DNA of 64,000 bases, from assembly GCA_012522795.1 (NCBI GenBank), contig JAAYJT010000014.1:1796-65795 (forward strand), in the 5' to 3' direction. How positions within the stretch are numbered: position 1 is the stretch's first letter; every line of letters begins with the position of its first letter. Made by a program: the position numbers and the translations under genes. Shown one piece after another: positions 1 through 9,758 of this stretch. Origin of the DNA: Bacteroidales bacterium (lineage in GTDB: Bacteria > Bacteroidota > Bacteroidia > Bacteroidales > JAAYJT01). The notes beneath the pieces were generated by a model. That model did no database searches. It was not told the origin of the DNA and saw only the letters and a list, made by a program, of their open reading frames with translations.

Positions 1-1
1 T

Positions 2-1312
2 AATATCGGAATTCAGTATGTTGATGCCCTGAAGAATGGCCTCATGAATGGTAATGTTATGATAGTTCTTGATACAACTGCTGATCCGGGTGAAGAGGTT
101 CTTATTGAAATTGCAATAGATAACGTTGATCAGTTTGTCGCTCTCCAGTTTGATATTGTATTGCCGGATGGATTTACCTATGTTCCAAATTCAACAGAAT
201 TGAATCCTGAACGTAGTGATGGACACCAGGCACATGCAGCAATATTACCTAATACCAATACTTACCGTGCATTAGCATTCTCAATGCAAAATGCCTATTT
301 CTTAGGAAATTCTGGTGTAGTGTTGAGCTTTAAAGTAATTGCACCTGATACTCCTGGAGCTATTTATCCATTTAACCTTACTGATGCAATCATATCAAAT
401 CTCAATGCACAGCAGATACTTACAGGTGTAGTTAATGGAGTTGTAACAATGACAGGTGAACTACCTGGTAATTATTTGTTGATTGGTGATGTTGCCGGTC
501 AGGCCGGTTCAGTACAAACTATTGATGTTATAATAAGAAATATTGAAGAGTTTGTTGCGTTCCAGGCTGATATAATCCTTCCTGAAGGATTTGATTACAT
601 CCCTGGTTCACTGGTATTGAATGAAGACCGTGCAGTTGACCATGTGATTGAAACTGCTTTGATACCAGGTACAAACGATATGAGGATTGTTGCTTATTCA
701 ATGACCAATGCTGAATTCCTTGGCACTGACGGAGCCGTAGCATCATTCCAGTTTAGCACACCTGTTACATCAGGTTCATATACAATTGAGATTGAAAATG
801 CTATCATAGTCAGTCCAATGGTTGCCAACGTTATCACTGGCACTTATAATGGCACTGTATTGCTCGTAGATGGCTGGTTAAGCGTATCTCCAATGCTTGG
901 TAGTGTTTATGCCGGCGATATTGATGATTTAATCCTCACATTTGATGCTACTAATCTGCCAATAGGTAATTACTATGCTAATATCCTGGTTAATAATAAC
1001 GATCCGGATAATCCGCAAGTAGTTGTTCCTGTTCATTTACTTGTCGTTGATGGAGTTAACGAACTTGAGAAAGAAGTGGTTCTTGTATATCCGGTGCCTG
1101 CATCAGATGTATTGAATATTTCAACAAGTAAAGGAATTAATGTAGTAAGAATGTATAACCACGCTGGTCAAATGGTTTATGAAAATAACAATGTATCAGC
1201 TAACAGCCTGCTTAAAGTGGATGTTTCGAGATTCACTACAGGTGGCTATGTATTAGAATTTGTCAATGCTAATGGTAAGATCCATCATAAGAAGATCTTA
1301 ATCAGCAGATAA
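2..1312 (+). CDS. Surface protein with two cohesin-like modules, an Ig-like module and a T9SS C-terminal sorting domain (5' end lies outside the window)
   Basis: The reading frame is open from the window edge, with no stop upstream of the ATG at 44. Two ~130-aa internal repeats (..QFVALQFDIVLPDGFTYVP.. and ..EFVAFQADIILPEGFDYIP..) have a cohesin-like pattern. The C-terminal ~75 aa (VYPVPASDVLNIS...GGYVLEFVNANG) resembles a T9SS type A CTD. Confidence 0.6.
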   Translation, partial: NIGIQYVDALKNGLMNGNVMIVLDTTADPGEEVLIEIAIDNVDQFVALQFDIVLPDGFTYVPNSTELNPERSDGHQAHAAILPNTNTYRALAFSMQNAYFLGNSGVVLSFKVIAPDTPGAIYPFNLTDAIISNLNAQQILTGVVNGVVTMTGELPGNYLLIGDVAGQAGSVQTIDVIIRNIEEFVAFQADIILPEGFDYIPGSLVLNEDRAVDHVIETALIPGTNDMRIVAYSMTNAEFLGTDGAVASFQFSTPVTSGSYTIEIENAIIVSPMVANVITGTYNGTVLLVDGWLSVSPMLGSVYAGDIDDLILTFDATNLPIGNYYANILVNNNDPDNPQVVVPVHLLVVDGVNELEKEVVLVYPVPASDVLNISTSKGINVVRMYNHAGQMVYENNNVSANSLLKVDVSRFTTGGYVLEFVNANGKIHHKKILISR

Positions 1313-1335
1313 TATTCTTAATTCTATGTATAGTA

Positions 1336-1365
1336 AAAAGGGAGCTCAAAGGCTCCCTTTTTTTG
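1336..1365 (+). terminator. Rho-independent terminator after the cohesin-like gene
   Basis: A GGGAGC/GCTCCC stem (1340-1345 and 1352-1357) is flanked by an A-run and followed by a run of 7 T. Confidence 0.7.
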
Positions 1366-1528
1366 TAGTATACATGATGTGAATTTATAGTATTATAAAC
1401 ACGATGCCAGATACAACCCTTTAACAAAGCTTTTTTCAGAAAATCCGGTCCGGACTTTAGTGCATTGGATTTAATCCAGGGATTGAAATATGTATCAGGT
1501 GATACGAATTAAAGTTTCAACAGGAAGC

Positions 1529-4312
1529 TTAGTGAGCTTCAAGCCAGTTTTGCCCGGTTTTCATATCAACTTCAACAGGAATTCTCAAAGGCATTGCATT
1601 TTGCATGTTCGATTTCACTATGTTCATTAATACATCTACCTCCGGGCGATATACGTCAAATATCAGTTCGTCATGTACCTGAAGTATCATTCTTGAACGT
1701 AACTGTTGTTTCTCAATTTCCTGCTGTATTAAAATCATGGCAAGTTTTATCATATCAGCAGCCGAGCCTTGTATAGGAGCATTAACAGCATTGCGTTCGG
1801 CAAAACCACGAACAATAGAATTGTTTGAATTAATATCTCTAAGATATCTCCGGCGTTTCATTATAGTTTCAACGTAACCGTGTTTTCTGGCAAATGTAAT
1901 CTGGTTATCCATATACTTTCTGATACCTGGATATTTATTAAAATATTGATTGATAATGGCTGCTGCTTCTGACCTTGGGATATTAAGCCGTTCAGACAAT
2001 CCGAAAGCAGAAATTCCATAAATAATTCCAAAGTTCACAGTTTTTGCATGCCTGCGCATTTCAGAGCTAACTTCTTTTAAGTCAACATTGTAAACTCTTG
2101 AAGCAGTTGCAGCATGTATATCCGCTCCTTCAATAAAGTCGTGCATCATATTGGGATCTTCACTTAGTGAAGCTATGATACGAAGTTCAATCTGGCTATA
2201 ATCGGCAGCAAGAAGAACAAAATCTTCATTACGGGGAATAAAAGCTTTGCGGATTTCACGACCTTTTTCGGTTCTGATAGGAATATTCTGTAAATTTGGG
2301 TTATTTGAGCTTAAACGACCAGTTGAAGTAACAGCTTGATTATAAGATGTATGCAAGCGACCTGTGCGGGTGTTTACAAGCGCAGGCAATGTATTAACAT
2401 AGGTTGATTTAAGTTTGGTAAGCGATCTGTATTCAAGGATAAGAGGTATGATTGGATGTTTATTGACCATTTTTAAAAGTACCTCTTCAGCAGTGGAATA
2501 CTGCCTGGTTTTAGTTTGCTTTGGTTTCGCATCAATTTTCATCCTGTCAAATAAAACCTCTCCCAATTGCTTTGGAGATGCAATATTAAATTGCATACCG
2601 GCATATTCAAATATTTGCTTTTCAGTTTTCTGAATTTCCACTGACAGGGATTCAGAATAGTCTTTCAAATTTTCTGTATCCAGCTTTACACCTTCTGCTT
2701 CCATACAGGCAAGAACCGGAACCAACGGCATTTCAATGTTTTCAAACAATTCACGATAATCGTTTTCAATGAGTTTAGGTTCGAATTCATTTCTTAATTG
2801 CAGCGTGATATCTGCATCTTCGCAGGCATAGTCTTTCAGAAGTTTTGGCTCCACATTGCGCATATTACCTTGATTTTTTCCTTTTTTGCCAATTAGAGAT
2901 TCAATATTCAGAGTCTGATATTTAAGATAGGTAAGCGCCATATAATCCATATTATGCCGCAGATCTGGTTCTAGCAGGTAATGTGCCAGCATGGTATCAA
3001 ACATTTTCCCTTTTACTATGGTATCATAATACCGTAGCATGATCATGTCGAACTTCAGATTCTGCCCGGTTTTTTCTATTGTTTCATCTTCAAAAAGAGG
3101 CTTGAATTCATAAACGATCTGTAAGGCATCATTGTAATTTTCAGGAAGTCTAACACACCAGGATTCATGCGGCTTTACAGCAAAAGACATACATACCAGT
3201 TCGGCGCTGTGAATGTCAAGACCTGTGGTTTCAGTATCGAAACAAAAACTTTGATGTTTTTTCAAAACATCAATCAGTTGCCTGCGTTGCTCTGCATTGT
3301 CTACCAAATGATATTTGTGCTCAGTTGTATGAATATTTGCCGTACCATCATCATTATCAAAGATTTGAGCAGGAGTGCCAAATAAGCTTCCTTGTACATC
3401 ATTAATCTTTTTTTCAGTCTTTTCCGAACCGCTGCTAAGATCATTGAATACTCGTTTTGCAAAAGTCCTGAATTCCAGCTCGCCAAGTATTTCTTTCAAT
3501 TGTTCCTGATTTGGTTCAGTATATTTAAGCTCATCTTCATTGAAATCCACAGGTACATCAAGGATAATGGTAGCAAGCTGTTTTGAAATGACAGCCTGTT
3601 GTTTATGAGTTTCAATCTTTTCACGAAGTTTAGTATTTTTTATCTGTTTACTGTTTTCAATCAGGTTCTCAAGCGAGCCAAACTCTTTAAGTAATTTCCT
3701 TGCTGTTACTTCACCAACTCCGGGTATACCAGGAATATTATCAGAACTATCGCCCCATAATCCAAGCATATCAATAAGCTGTTCAGGTTTTTCTATCCCG
3801 AATTTTTCACAAACTTCCGTTACTCCCATTACGCTGGCTTTTTCTCCAAATCTTCTGGGTTTATAGATCAGGATATTATCAGAAACCAATTGACCGAAAT
3901 CCTTATCAGGGGTCATCATATATACCGTGAAATCCCTTTTTTCAGCTTCTTTGGCAAGAGTTCCGATTATATCGTCGGCTTCATAACCATCCATAGCCAG
4001 TATAGGTATATTAAAGGCTTTTAGAAGTTCAATGATATAAGGTATTGATGCTGCCAGATCTTCAGGGATCGCTTCTCTGTTGGCTTTATAATCAGCAAAA
4101 TCCTCATGCCTAACAGTAGGTGCATGTGTATCAAAAGCCACCCCTATATGAGTTGGTTTTTCATTTTTCAGAACATCATAAAGCGTATTTGCAAAACCAA
4201 GGACAGCGCTGGTATTCAACCCTTTTGAGTTAAAACGCGGATTACGGTTCAAGGCATAATACGCTCGGTAAATTAATGCCATGGCATCGAGCAGAAAAAG
4301 CTTTTTTTGCAT
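1529..4312 (-). CDS. polA: DNA polymerase I
   Basis: 927-aa ORF. It has an N-terminal 5'-3' exonuclease block (LLDAMALIYRAYYA) and C-terminal family A polymerase motifs (DYSQIELRI, QVHDELIFD). Confidence 0.97.
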   Translation of the reverse strand: MQKKLFLLDAMALIYRAYYALNRNPRFNSKGLNTSAVLGFANTLYDVLKNEKPTHIGVAFDTHAPTVRHEDFADYKANREAIPEDLAASIPYIIELLKAFNIPILAMDGYEADDIIGTLAKEAEKRDFTVYMMTPDKDFGQLVSDNILIYKPRRFGEKASVMGVTEVCEKFGIEKPEQLIDMLGLWGDSSDNIPGIPGVGEVTARKLLKEFGSLENLIENSKQIKNTKLREKIETHKQQAVISKQLATIILDVPVDFNEDELKYTEPNQEQLKEILGELEFRTFAKRVFNDLSSGSEKTEKKINDVQGSLFGTPAQIFDNDDGTANIHTTEHKYHLVDNAEQRRQLIDVLKKHQSFCFDTETTGLDIHSAELVCMSFAVKPHESWCVRLPENYNDALQIVYEFKPLFEDETIEKTGQNLKFDMIMLRYYDTIVKGKMFDTMLAHYLLEPDLRHNMDYMALTYLKYQTLNIESLIGKKGKNQGNMRNVEPKLLKDYACEDADITLQLRNEFEPKLIENDYRELFENIEMPLVPVLACMEAEGVKLDTENLKDYSESLSVEIQKTEKQIFEYAGMQFNIASPKQLGEVLFDRMKIDAKPKQTKTRQYSTAEEVLLKMVNKHPIIPLILEYRSLTKLKSTYVNTLPALVNTRTGRLHTSYNQAVTSTGRLSSNNPNLQNIPIRTEKGREIRKAFIPRNEDFVLLAADYSQIELRIIASLSEDPNMMHDFIEGADIHAATASRVYNVDLKEVSSEMRRHAKTVNFGIIYGISAFGLSERLNIPRSEAAAIINQYFNKYPGIRKYMDNQITFARKHGYVETIMKRRRYLRDINSNNSIVRGFAERNAVNAPIQGSAADMIKLAMILIQQEIEKQQLRSRMILQVHDELIFDVYRPEVDVLMNIVKSNMQNAMPLRIPVEVDMKTGQNWLEAH

Positions 4313-4552
4313 TGACTTATTTATTTATCTTGTTTACAGAATTTTATTAATAGTTGTTTGTTCAGAAAATAACTTTCTGGTTTTCGAGTATGTTTCAGTT
4401 TAATTACACTATTATTTCATCCCAAAAGTATACAATATTAGGGAACTTCAATTGGTTACTGAAACTTTGACAGGTTGGATCCTATTGTTATTTCAGACGG
4501 TTCCTTATAAAATGGCCGTATTTAACCTTTTTAGCCGGATTTAAATTACGTT

Positions 4553-6670
4553 TCAGAACTTAAACCTGATTTGTGCCTTAAGCTCACTTCTTGTATTGCC
4601 CGATATTTCATCTAATCCACTTCCCAGGCTGCTGACGTTTGAAAACCATGACCTACTGTACCGTAACCAGCATTCAAAGTGTTTTGAAACCTTATAATTC
4701 AACAGCAGATAAACCCTGCTACCTTTGTAATAATAAGCAGGAACACTGAAAGCGTATAGAATATCATTTTCATATGCATAAATCCTTTCGTCGAAAGAGT
4801 CAGTGTCGAATAAAGCATAGCGGGTTGTAAGAGAAAAAGGGAGTTTTACAGGTTTCCATATCACATCCTGATATATCAGATATCCGTTTTTCCTGACCTT
4901 ATCCGTTCCTATATTTATTACACGTTCAAACCTGTTACGCATGGTGAGTTGAGGTAAAGCCATATAACTTATATGAAACCTGAGACTTTGTTTTTCATAT
5001 GGATATATCGAGGTGATTTTCTCATTTCCTGCTAAATTTTGCTCACGTTGTTTATACCTGTATTTTAATCTTATTTCTGCTGTTCTGGATATTGAATATG
5101 TGAGCTCGCCGCTGTATTCCTTACCCTGTGAAGGTGCGTTTACCCGGAATCTCAACCACTGAAAGCGGAAATGGTCAACATAACCTGAAAAATTCAATCC
5201 GGGTGCAAGCATAAAGTACATACCCAGAAAAAGTCCGTTTTCGCCGGCGTTCGAACTTTCAGCAAAAGGTGCATTGTAAAGGTTCTGATAGTTTTTGTCA
5301 TATTTTCTGTAAATCCCACTAAGCACGAGTCGTGGTGATGGAAACAGCGAAGTGCCTACAAGTATTGCTGATCCACCTGAAGCGCTTCTTGAGATTTCTC
5401 CAAATAACTGTCCTCCCCTAAACAAATACAGTATATCAGCACCCAATGCGTGGTTCTCATTACCTCTGAAATAAAACTTATTGTAAAGCTGTGCTGAAGG
5501 TTCAAGATTGGCACTAAGTTTCATATTATAGAAAGTCAGCCCAGCCTGAAATCTTGTTCCGGTAAACGAGGCTCTGCCACCAAACAATGTTTCCGATATT
5601 GAATGTTGGTTGTTCAGTTCACGGGGTATGCGGTGTAGTCCGGTATATAATAATGCACTTACTTCAGTTGCTTTGCCACTAATACTATCAGTCTTGCTTA
5701 TGGTTGCATCTATTTTTTTGTGCGAACCAAAAGCTGTAAAAGTAAATCGCTTGTACCCAAATGTAACAGCGCTGCCTCTTAGAAATTGATTTTCGTTTAC
5801 CGAAGTATTGGGTTTGATTCCGCGCTGTGTTTTTCTTATACTTGTAACGTCTGAAGTTTTGCCAAAAGAATATGAAGTCCACAGAGTCAGCCCCTGTCCG
5901 AATTGCAGATGATAATCTCCGATTATTATTTCTCTTAAAAATTTATTGCCTTTGACAAAAACAAAACCTGAATAAAAATCGAAGCCATTTTTCTGACTTC
6001 CTTTAAAAAATTCCTCACCCGGGTCTTTTTCGGCCGTAAAACCCCAGCGTACTCTGTTATAGTAATTATATGCATAACGGGTGTAGAGTTTAAACGGGCT
6101 TCCCAAATATCTCTGATTAGGGTTCTTTATTAACAAAGAATCTTCAATAGGGGAGAACCCCAGTTGTGTTTCAAGTAATTGCTGATATCTTACAAATAAT
6201 TGATTCCTTCCATATTTAAAAGCCTGCCTAGGAGTGATCCTGGCCTTAGTTCTGGTATCTATAAATGTGATAAAAGGTTTCAGCATGGATATCACTTCTC
6301 TGTCGAAGCCATCAATATATGCAAGCTCGTAAATACTGACAATCTTCCCGTAATCGCTGATATATTTCAGCAGATTGTTGATTTGCAGATCGTTAAGAAA
6401 GAAAAGCTGCCTTAGCTCATCGAATGTTGCGATATTTACCGGCAAAGGATATGTAAGGAAATACTCCAGTTCAGCAAAAAGGTCGGTGTAATCGTATTCA
6501 CTTTCGCTTGCTTCAGCGTGATCTTCAAGTGCTTCTTCCATCTTTTGAGAACCTGATGGTGAAATTTCAGGCTCCTGTGCCCGGACAATAGTATAATGTA
6601 TGAGGAGTATCATTGTGAGTATCAATGATTTGCTGCTAAACCTTAGTAATATCTTACAGCACTCTGTCAT
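4553..6670 (-). CDS. Helix-hairpin-helix domain protein fused to a large predicted outer-membrane beta-barrel
   Basis: 705-aa ORF with an N-terminal signal-like segment and an HhH-like stretch (NIATFDELRQLFFLNDLQINNLLKYI). The long remainder has an alternating aromatic/polar pattern and ends ...AQIRFKF; a terminal Phe is typical of OM barrels. Confidence 0.55.
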   Translation of the reverse strand: MTECCKILLRFSSKSLILTMILLIHYTIVRAQEPEISPSGSQKMEEALEDHAEASESEYDYTDLFAELEYFLTYPLPVNIATFDELRQLFFLNDLQINNLLKYISDYGKIVSIYELAYIDGFDREVISMLKPFITFIDTRTKARITPRQAFKYGRNQLFVRYQQLLETQLGFSPIEDSLLIKNPNQRYLGSPFKLYTRYAYNYYNRVRWGFTAEKDPGEEFFKGSQKNGFDFYSGFVFVKGNKFLREIIIGDYHLQFGQGLTLWTSYSFGKTSDVTSIRKTQRGIKPNTSVNENQFLRGSAVTFGYKRFTFTAFGSHKKIDATISKTDSISGKATEVSALLYTGLHRIPRELNNQHSISETLFGGRASFTGTRFQAGLTFYNMKLSANLEPSAQLYNKFYFRGNENHALGADILYLFRGGQLFGEISRSASGGSAILVGTSLFPSPRLVLSGIYRKYDKNYQNLYNAPFAESSNAGENGLFLGMYFMLAPGLNFSGYVDHFRFQWLRFRVNAPSQGKEYSGELTYSISRTAEIRLKYRYKQREQNLAGNEKITSIYPYEKQSLRFHISYMALPQLTMRNRFERVINIGTDKVRKNGYLIYQDVIWKPVKLPFSLTTRYALFDTDSFDERIYAYENDILYAFSVPAYYYKGSRVYLLLNYKVSKHFECWLRYSRSWFSNVSSLGSGLDEISGNTRSELKAQIRFKF

Positions 6671-6674
6671 GTTT

Positions 6675-7535
6675 TTATTTTGCTATCCATATTAATGAGG
6701 CTTGTGGCGAATATCCAAGTACTTCATGCCTTACTGCCGAAATATCAAAAGTAAAGCTGCCAAAATTGAATCCAAAGCCAAAGGCATGGTTCAGAGGGTT
6801 GGTACTAATACCGGCTCTGACTGCTGCAAACTCTTTTATTTTATATTCAATTCCGGTTCGTACCGAAGGCTTGTAGCGCATATCTTTTTCCGCTTCGGCA
6901 GTAATGAACAGGTTTTTTTCAATTTTGTAGTGTAACCCCAGACGGTAAATAGCAGGGAGATATTCGTCAGAACCTTTAGCCATTATTTTATGTAGTGGAT
7001 TTGCCAGCATAGCGGCAATAGTCAGCTCATTGGTAAGGTCCACATTAAAACCGGCTGCAAATGAAATATCAGTACGGCTCCCATAATTTTCACTTAGTCG
7101 TGTGTGCAAAGCATTAAGCCTGACCCCGGCTCTCACAAGTTCTCCAAAATCTCGACCATATGCGAGACCAACGAAACTCTGACTATATAAATTTGAACCA
7201 ATCTGGTTGAAAGCTAATCCAAAAACGCCATAACCCGTGGGTAAAACGGCAGTAATACTGCTGATACCCATTTCGCGTACCAGAAAACGATTTTCATAAT
7301 TTACTGCGGCGGCAATATTTTCAATATCTGATAAATTTGCCGGATTATTAAATGCTGCCCATACATTTTTAACAGCAACTGAGGTTTTCGCCATACCGCC
7401 AATGTTAGCACCCACAGGTTCAAATGCAGCTTGTGTGTAGGCAGAATTGAAATGCAGTAGAGTGAAAAAATTAATAAGCAGTATAATATTACAATGCCTC
7501 AATTGTATTAAAATCATTATTGTTAATTTTGGCAC
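6675..7535 (-). CDS. Outer-membrane beta-barrel protein, PorV/PorQ-family-like
   Basis: 286-aa ORF with a signal-like N-terminus. The motif GGMAKTSVAVKNVWAAFNNPANLS parallels the ARAGSMGDVGVASSPDINSLHWNPAKYA motif of the PorV in this window. The rest has a beta-strand-like periodicity. Confidence 0.45.
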   Translation of the reverse strand: MPKLTIMILIQLRHCNIILLINFFTLLHFNSAYTQAAFEPVGANIGGMAKTSVAVKNVWAAFNNPANLSDIENIAAAVNYENRFLVREMGISSITAVLPTGYGVFGLAFNQIGSNLYSQSFVGLAYGRDFGELVRAGVRLNALHTRLSENYGSRTDISFAAGFNVDLTNELTIAAMLANPLHKIMAKGSDEYLPAIYRLGLHYKIEKNLFITAEAEKDMRYKPSVRTGIEYKIKEFAAVRAGISTNPLNHAFGFGFNFGSFTFDISAVRHEVLGYSPQASLIWIAK

Positions 7536-7559
7536 TAAGATACGTCATATAAACATGAA

Positions 7560-8240
7560 ATGCAATACATGAATTTAAGAAAAATTATTGATTTTCTGAA
7601 AGCCTTGAGAATTAACAATGACCGTGAATGGTTTCAGAAAAATAAAACACAATACGATCTGATAAAAGACGAAATGCTGGCTTTTATTGGCAGACTTATT
7701 CAGCAAATTTCAGTATTTGACCCTGAAATAGGTTTAGTAACTCCCAAAGAATGTATTTTCAGAATTTACCGTGATGTCAGGTTTTCGAAAGATAAATCAC
7801 CATATAAGAAACATATCGGGGCTTTTATTTCAAAATCGGGACGCAAAGGTAATAATCCGGGTTATTATCTTCATTTTGAACCAAATAATTCTTTTATAGC
7901 CGGCGGATTGTATATGCCACCTCCGGAAATTCTGAAAGCTGTGCGCGATGAAATTTATTATAATACTGAAGAGTTCGTATACATATTGTCTCATCCTGAT
8001 TTTTTGAAATATTTCGGGAAACTCGATGATTATGACAAATTAATAAGACCTCCAAAAGGTTTTTCAGCCGATTGGCAACATGTGGATCTTGTAAAATACC
8101 GTTCATTTGTGGCAACGCATTATTTGTCAGATGAAAACCTGTATTCTCAAGATCTGGAAAGTGTGATTTTATCAGTTTTTAATGCAATATATCCATTGAA
8201 TAAGTTTTTGAACCGCGCAAAAGAAAATATGGAGGGTTAG
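7560..8240 (+). CDS. DUF2461 (TIGR02453) family protein
   Basis: 226-aa ORF with characteristic blocks: NNDREWFQKNK, FRIYRDVRFSKDKSPYKKH and GGLYMPPPE. Confidence 0.8.
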   Translation: MQYMNLRKIIDFLKALRINNDREWFQKNKTQYDLIKDEMLAFIGRLIQQISVFDPEIGLVTPKECIFRIYRDVRFSKDKSPYKKHIGAFISKSGRKGNNPGYYLHFEPNNSFIAGGLYMPPPEILKAVRDEIYYNTEEFVYILSHPDFLKYFGKLDDYDKLIRPPKGFSADWQHVDLVKYRSFVATHYLSDENLYSQDLESVILSVFNAIYPLNKFLNRAKENMEG

Positions 8241-8281
8241 GCTCAAATCAAACAATTTAGCAACTTCAAAATCATAAAATC

Positions 8282-9697
8282 ATGTCGAAAAGATTTGACC
8301 GCAGAAAATTCATCAAAACCTCAATACTTGGAAGCATTGGGGTTTCAGCATTAGGTAAGGATATACTGGCAGAAAGTTCTCAGGTGCAAGGCAAGACAGT
8401 AGTATCAAAGCCAAAACAAAAAAAACAATATGAGAAGGATACACCTAAATTACGTGTTGGCTTTATTGGTGTTGGTTTACGAGGACGTTCAAGCCTTGGT
8501 TTGGTGTTAAGAAGAGGAGATTGTATTGTTCCATGTGTAGCTGATCCGGAACCAAAAGCCATTGCATCAACAATGAAGATGTTTGACGATGCCGGACAGA
8601 TCAAACCTGTTGCATATCAGAATGGCGATTACGATTACCTGAATATGCTTGATAAAGAAAAACTTGATGCTGTGATCATTTCTTCCCCATGGACCTGGCA
8701 TAGTCGTCAGTCAATAGCAGCAATGAACCGTGGCTTGTACACCGGATGTGAAGTGTCAGGGGCTTTTTCGCTGGAGCAATGCTGGCAACTGGTTAATACT
8801 CACGAAAGTACAGGCTCACATTTTTTCTTTCTTGAAAATGTTTGTTACCGCCGCGATGTTATGGCTGTTTTGAATATGGTAAGGAACAATGTTTTCGGCG
8901 AACTTATCCATCTTGAATGTGGTTATCAGCACGATTTGCGTGATGTGAAATTCAATGATGGTAAAACAGTTTACTCACGTGGTTCGGAATTTGGTGAAAA
9001 AGCTGTCAGCGAAGCAAAATGGAGAACTATTCATTCTTTGAACCGTAATGGAGATTTGTATCCTACTCATGGAGTTGGGCCAGTAATGAATTACATAGAT
9101 ATTAACCGCGGAAATCGTTTTGTTTATTTGGTTTCAATGTCAACCAAAGCACGTGGATTACATGAATATCTAAAAGGAATTGATCCTAATCATCCTAATG
9201 CTCAGCTTGAATGGAAGCTTGGAGATGTAGTTACTACTCTAATCCATTGCAATAATGGCGAAAAGGTACTTGTAAGTCATGATACTAGCCTGCCCCGTCC
9301 TTATTCATTGGGCTTCAGAGTGCAGGGTACTAAGGGCTTATGGATGGATATAAATGGTTCCGTTCATATTGAAGGCGTTTCAGAACCACACCGTTGGGAT
9401 AAGCAGCAATCGTGGTTTGAAAAATATGACCATCCTTTATGGAAACGCTATGAAAACGATGCTGCCGGAGCCGGACACGGAGGTATGGACTGGTTTTTAA
9501 TCAATGCTTTTGTTGAATCAGCTAAAAAGAATGAAGCACCACCAATTGATGTTTATGATGCTGCTACAATGCTGTCAATTACTGCATTAAGCGAAAAATC
9601 AATTGCAATGGGCAGCGCTCCCATGACTTTTCCTGATTTTACAAATGGCCGCTGGATAAGCAAAAAGCCAAACTTTGGGTTGAGTGATCTTTATTGA
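8282..9697 (+). CDS. Gfo/Idh/MocA-type NAD-dependent glycosidase, GH109-like (alpha-N-acetylgalactosaminidase family), with a Tat signal
   Basis: The N-terminus has a twin-arginine motif (RRKFIKTS). A Rossmann block (RVGFIGVGLRG) is present, and the length and overall pattern are typical of GH109. Confidence 0.7.
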   Translation: MSKRFDRRKFIKTSILGSIGVSALGKDILAESSQVQGKTVVSKPKQKKQYEKDTPKLRVGFIGVGLRGRSSLGLVLRRGDCIVPCVADPEPKAIASTMKMFDDAGQIKPVAYQNGDYDYLNMLDKEKLDAVIISSPWTWHSRQSIAAMNRGLYTGCEVSGAFSLEQCWQLVNTHESTGSHFFFLENVCYRRDVMAVLNMVRNNVFGELIHLECGYQHDLRDVKFNDGKTVYSRGSEFGEKAVSEAKWRTIHSLNRNGDLYPTHGVGPVMNYIDINRGNRFVYLVSMSTKARGLHEYLKGIDPNHPNAQLEWKLGDVVTTLIHCNNGEKVLVSHDTSLPRPYSLGFRVQGTKGLWMDINGSVHIEGVSEPHRWDKQQSWFEKYDHPLWKRYENDAAGAGHGGMDWFLINAFVESAKKNEAPPIDVYDAATMLSITALSEKSIAMGSAPMTFPDFTNGRWISKKPNFGLSDLY

Positions 9698-9758
9698 TGA
9701 AATAAAGAATTTTTGCCAGAGCAATGCCCTAAAAATATTTATTATGAACCAGATGTGA

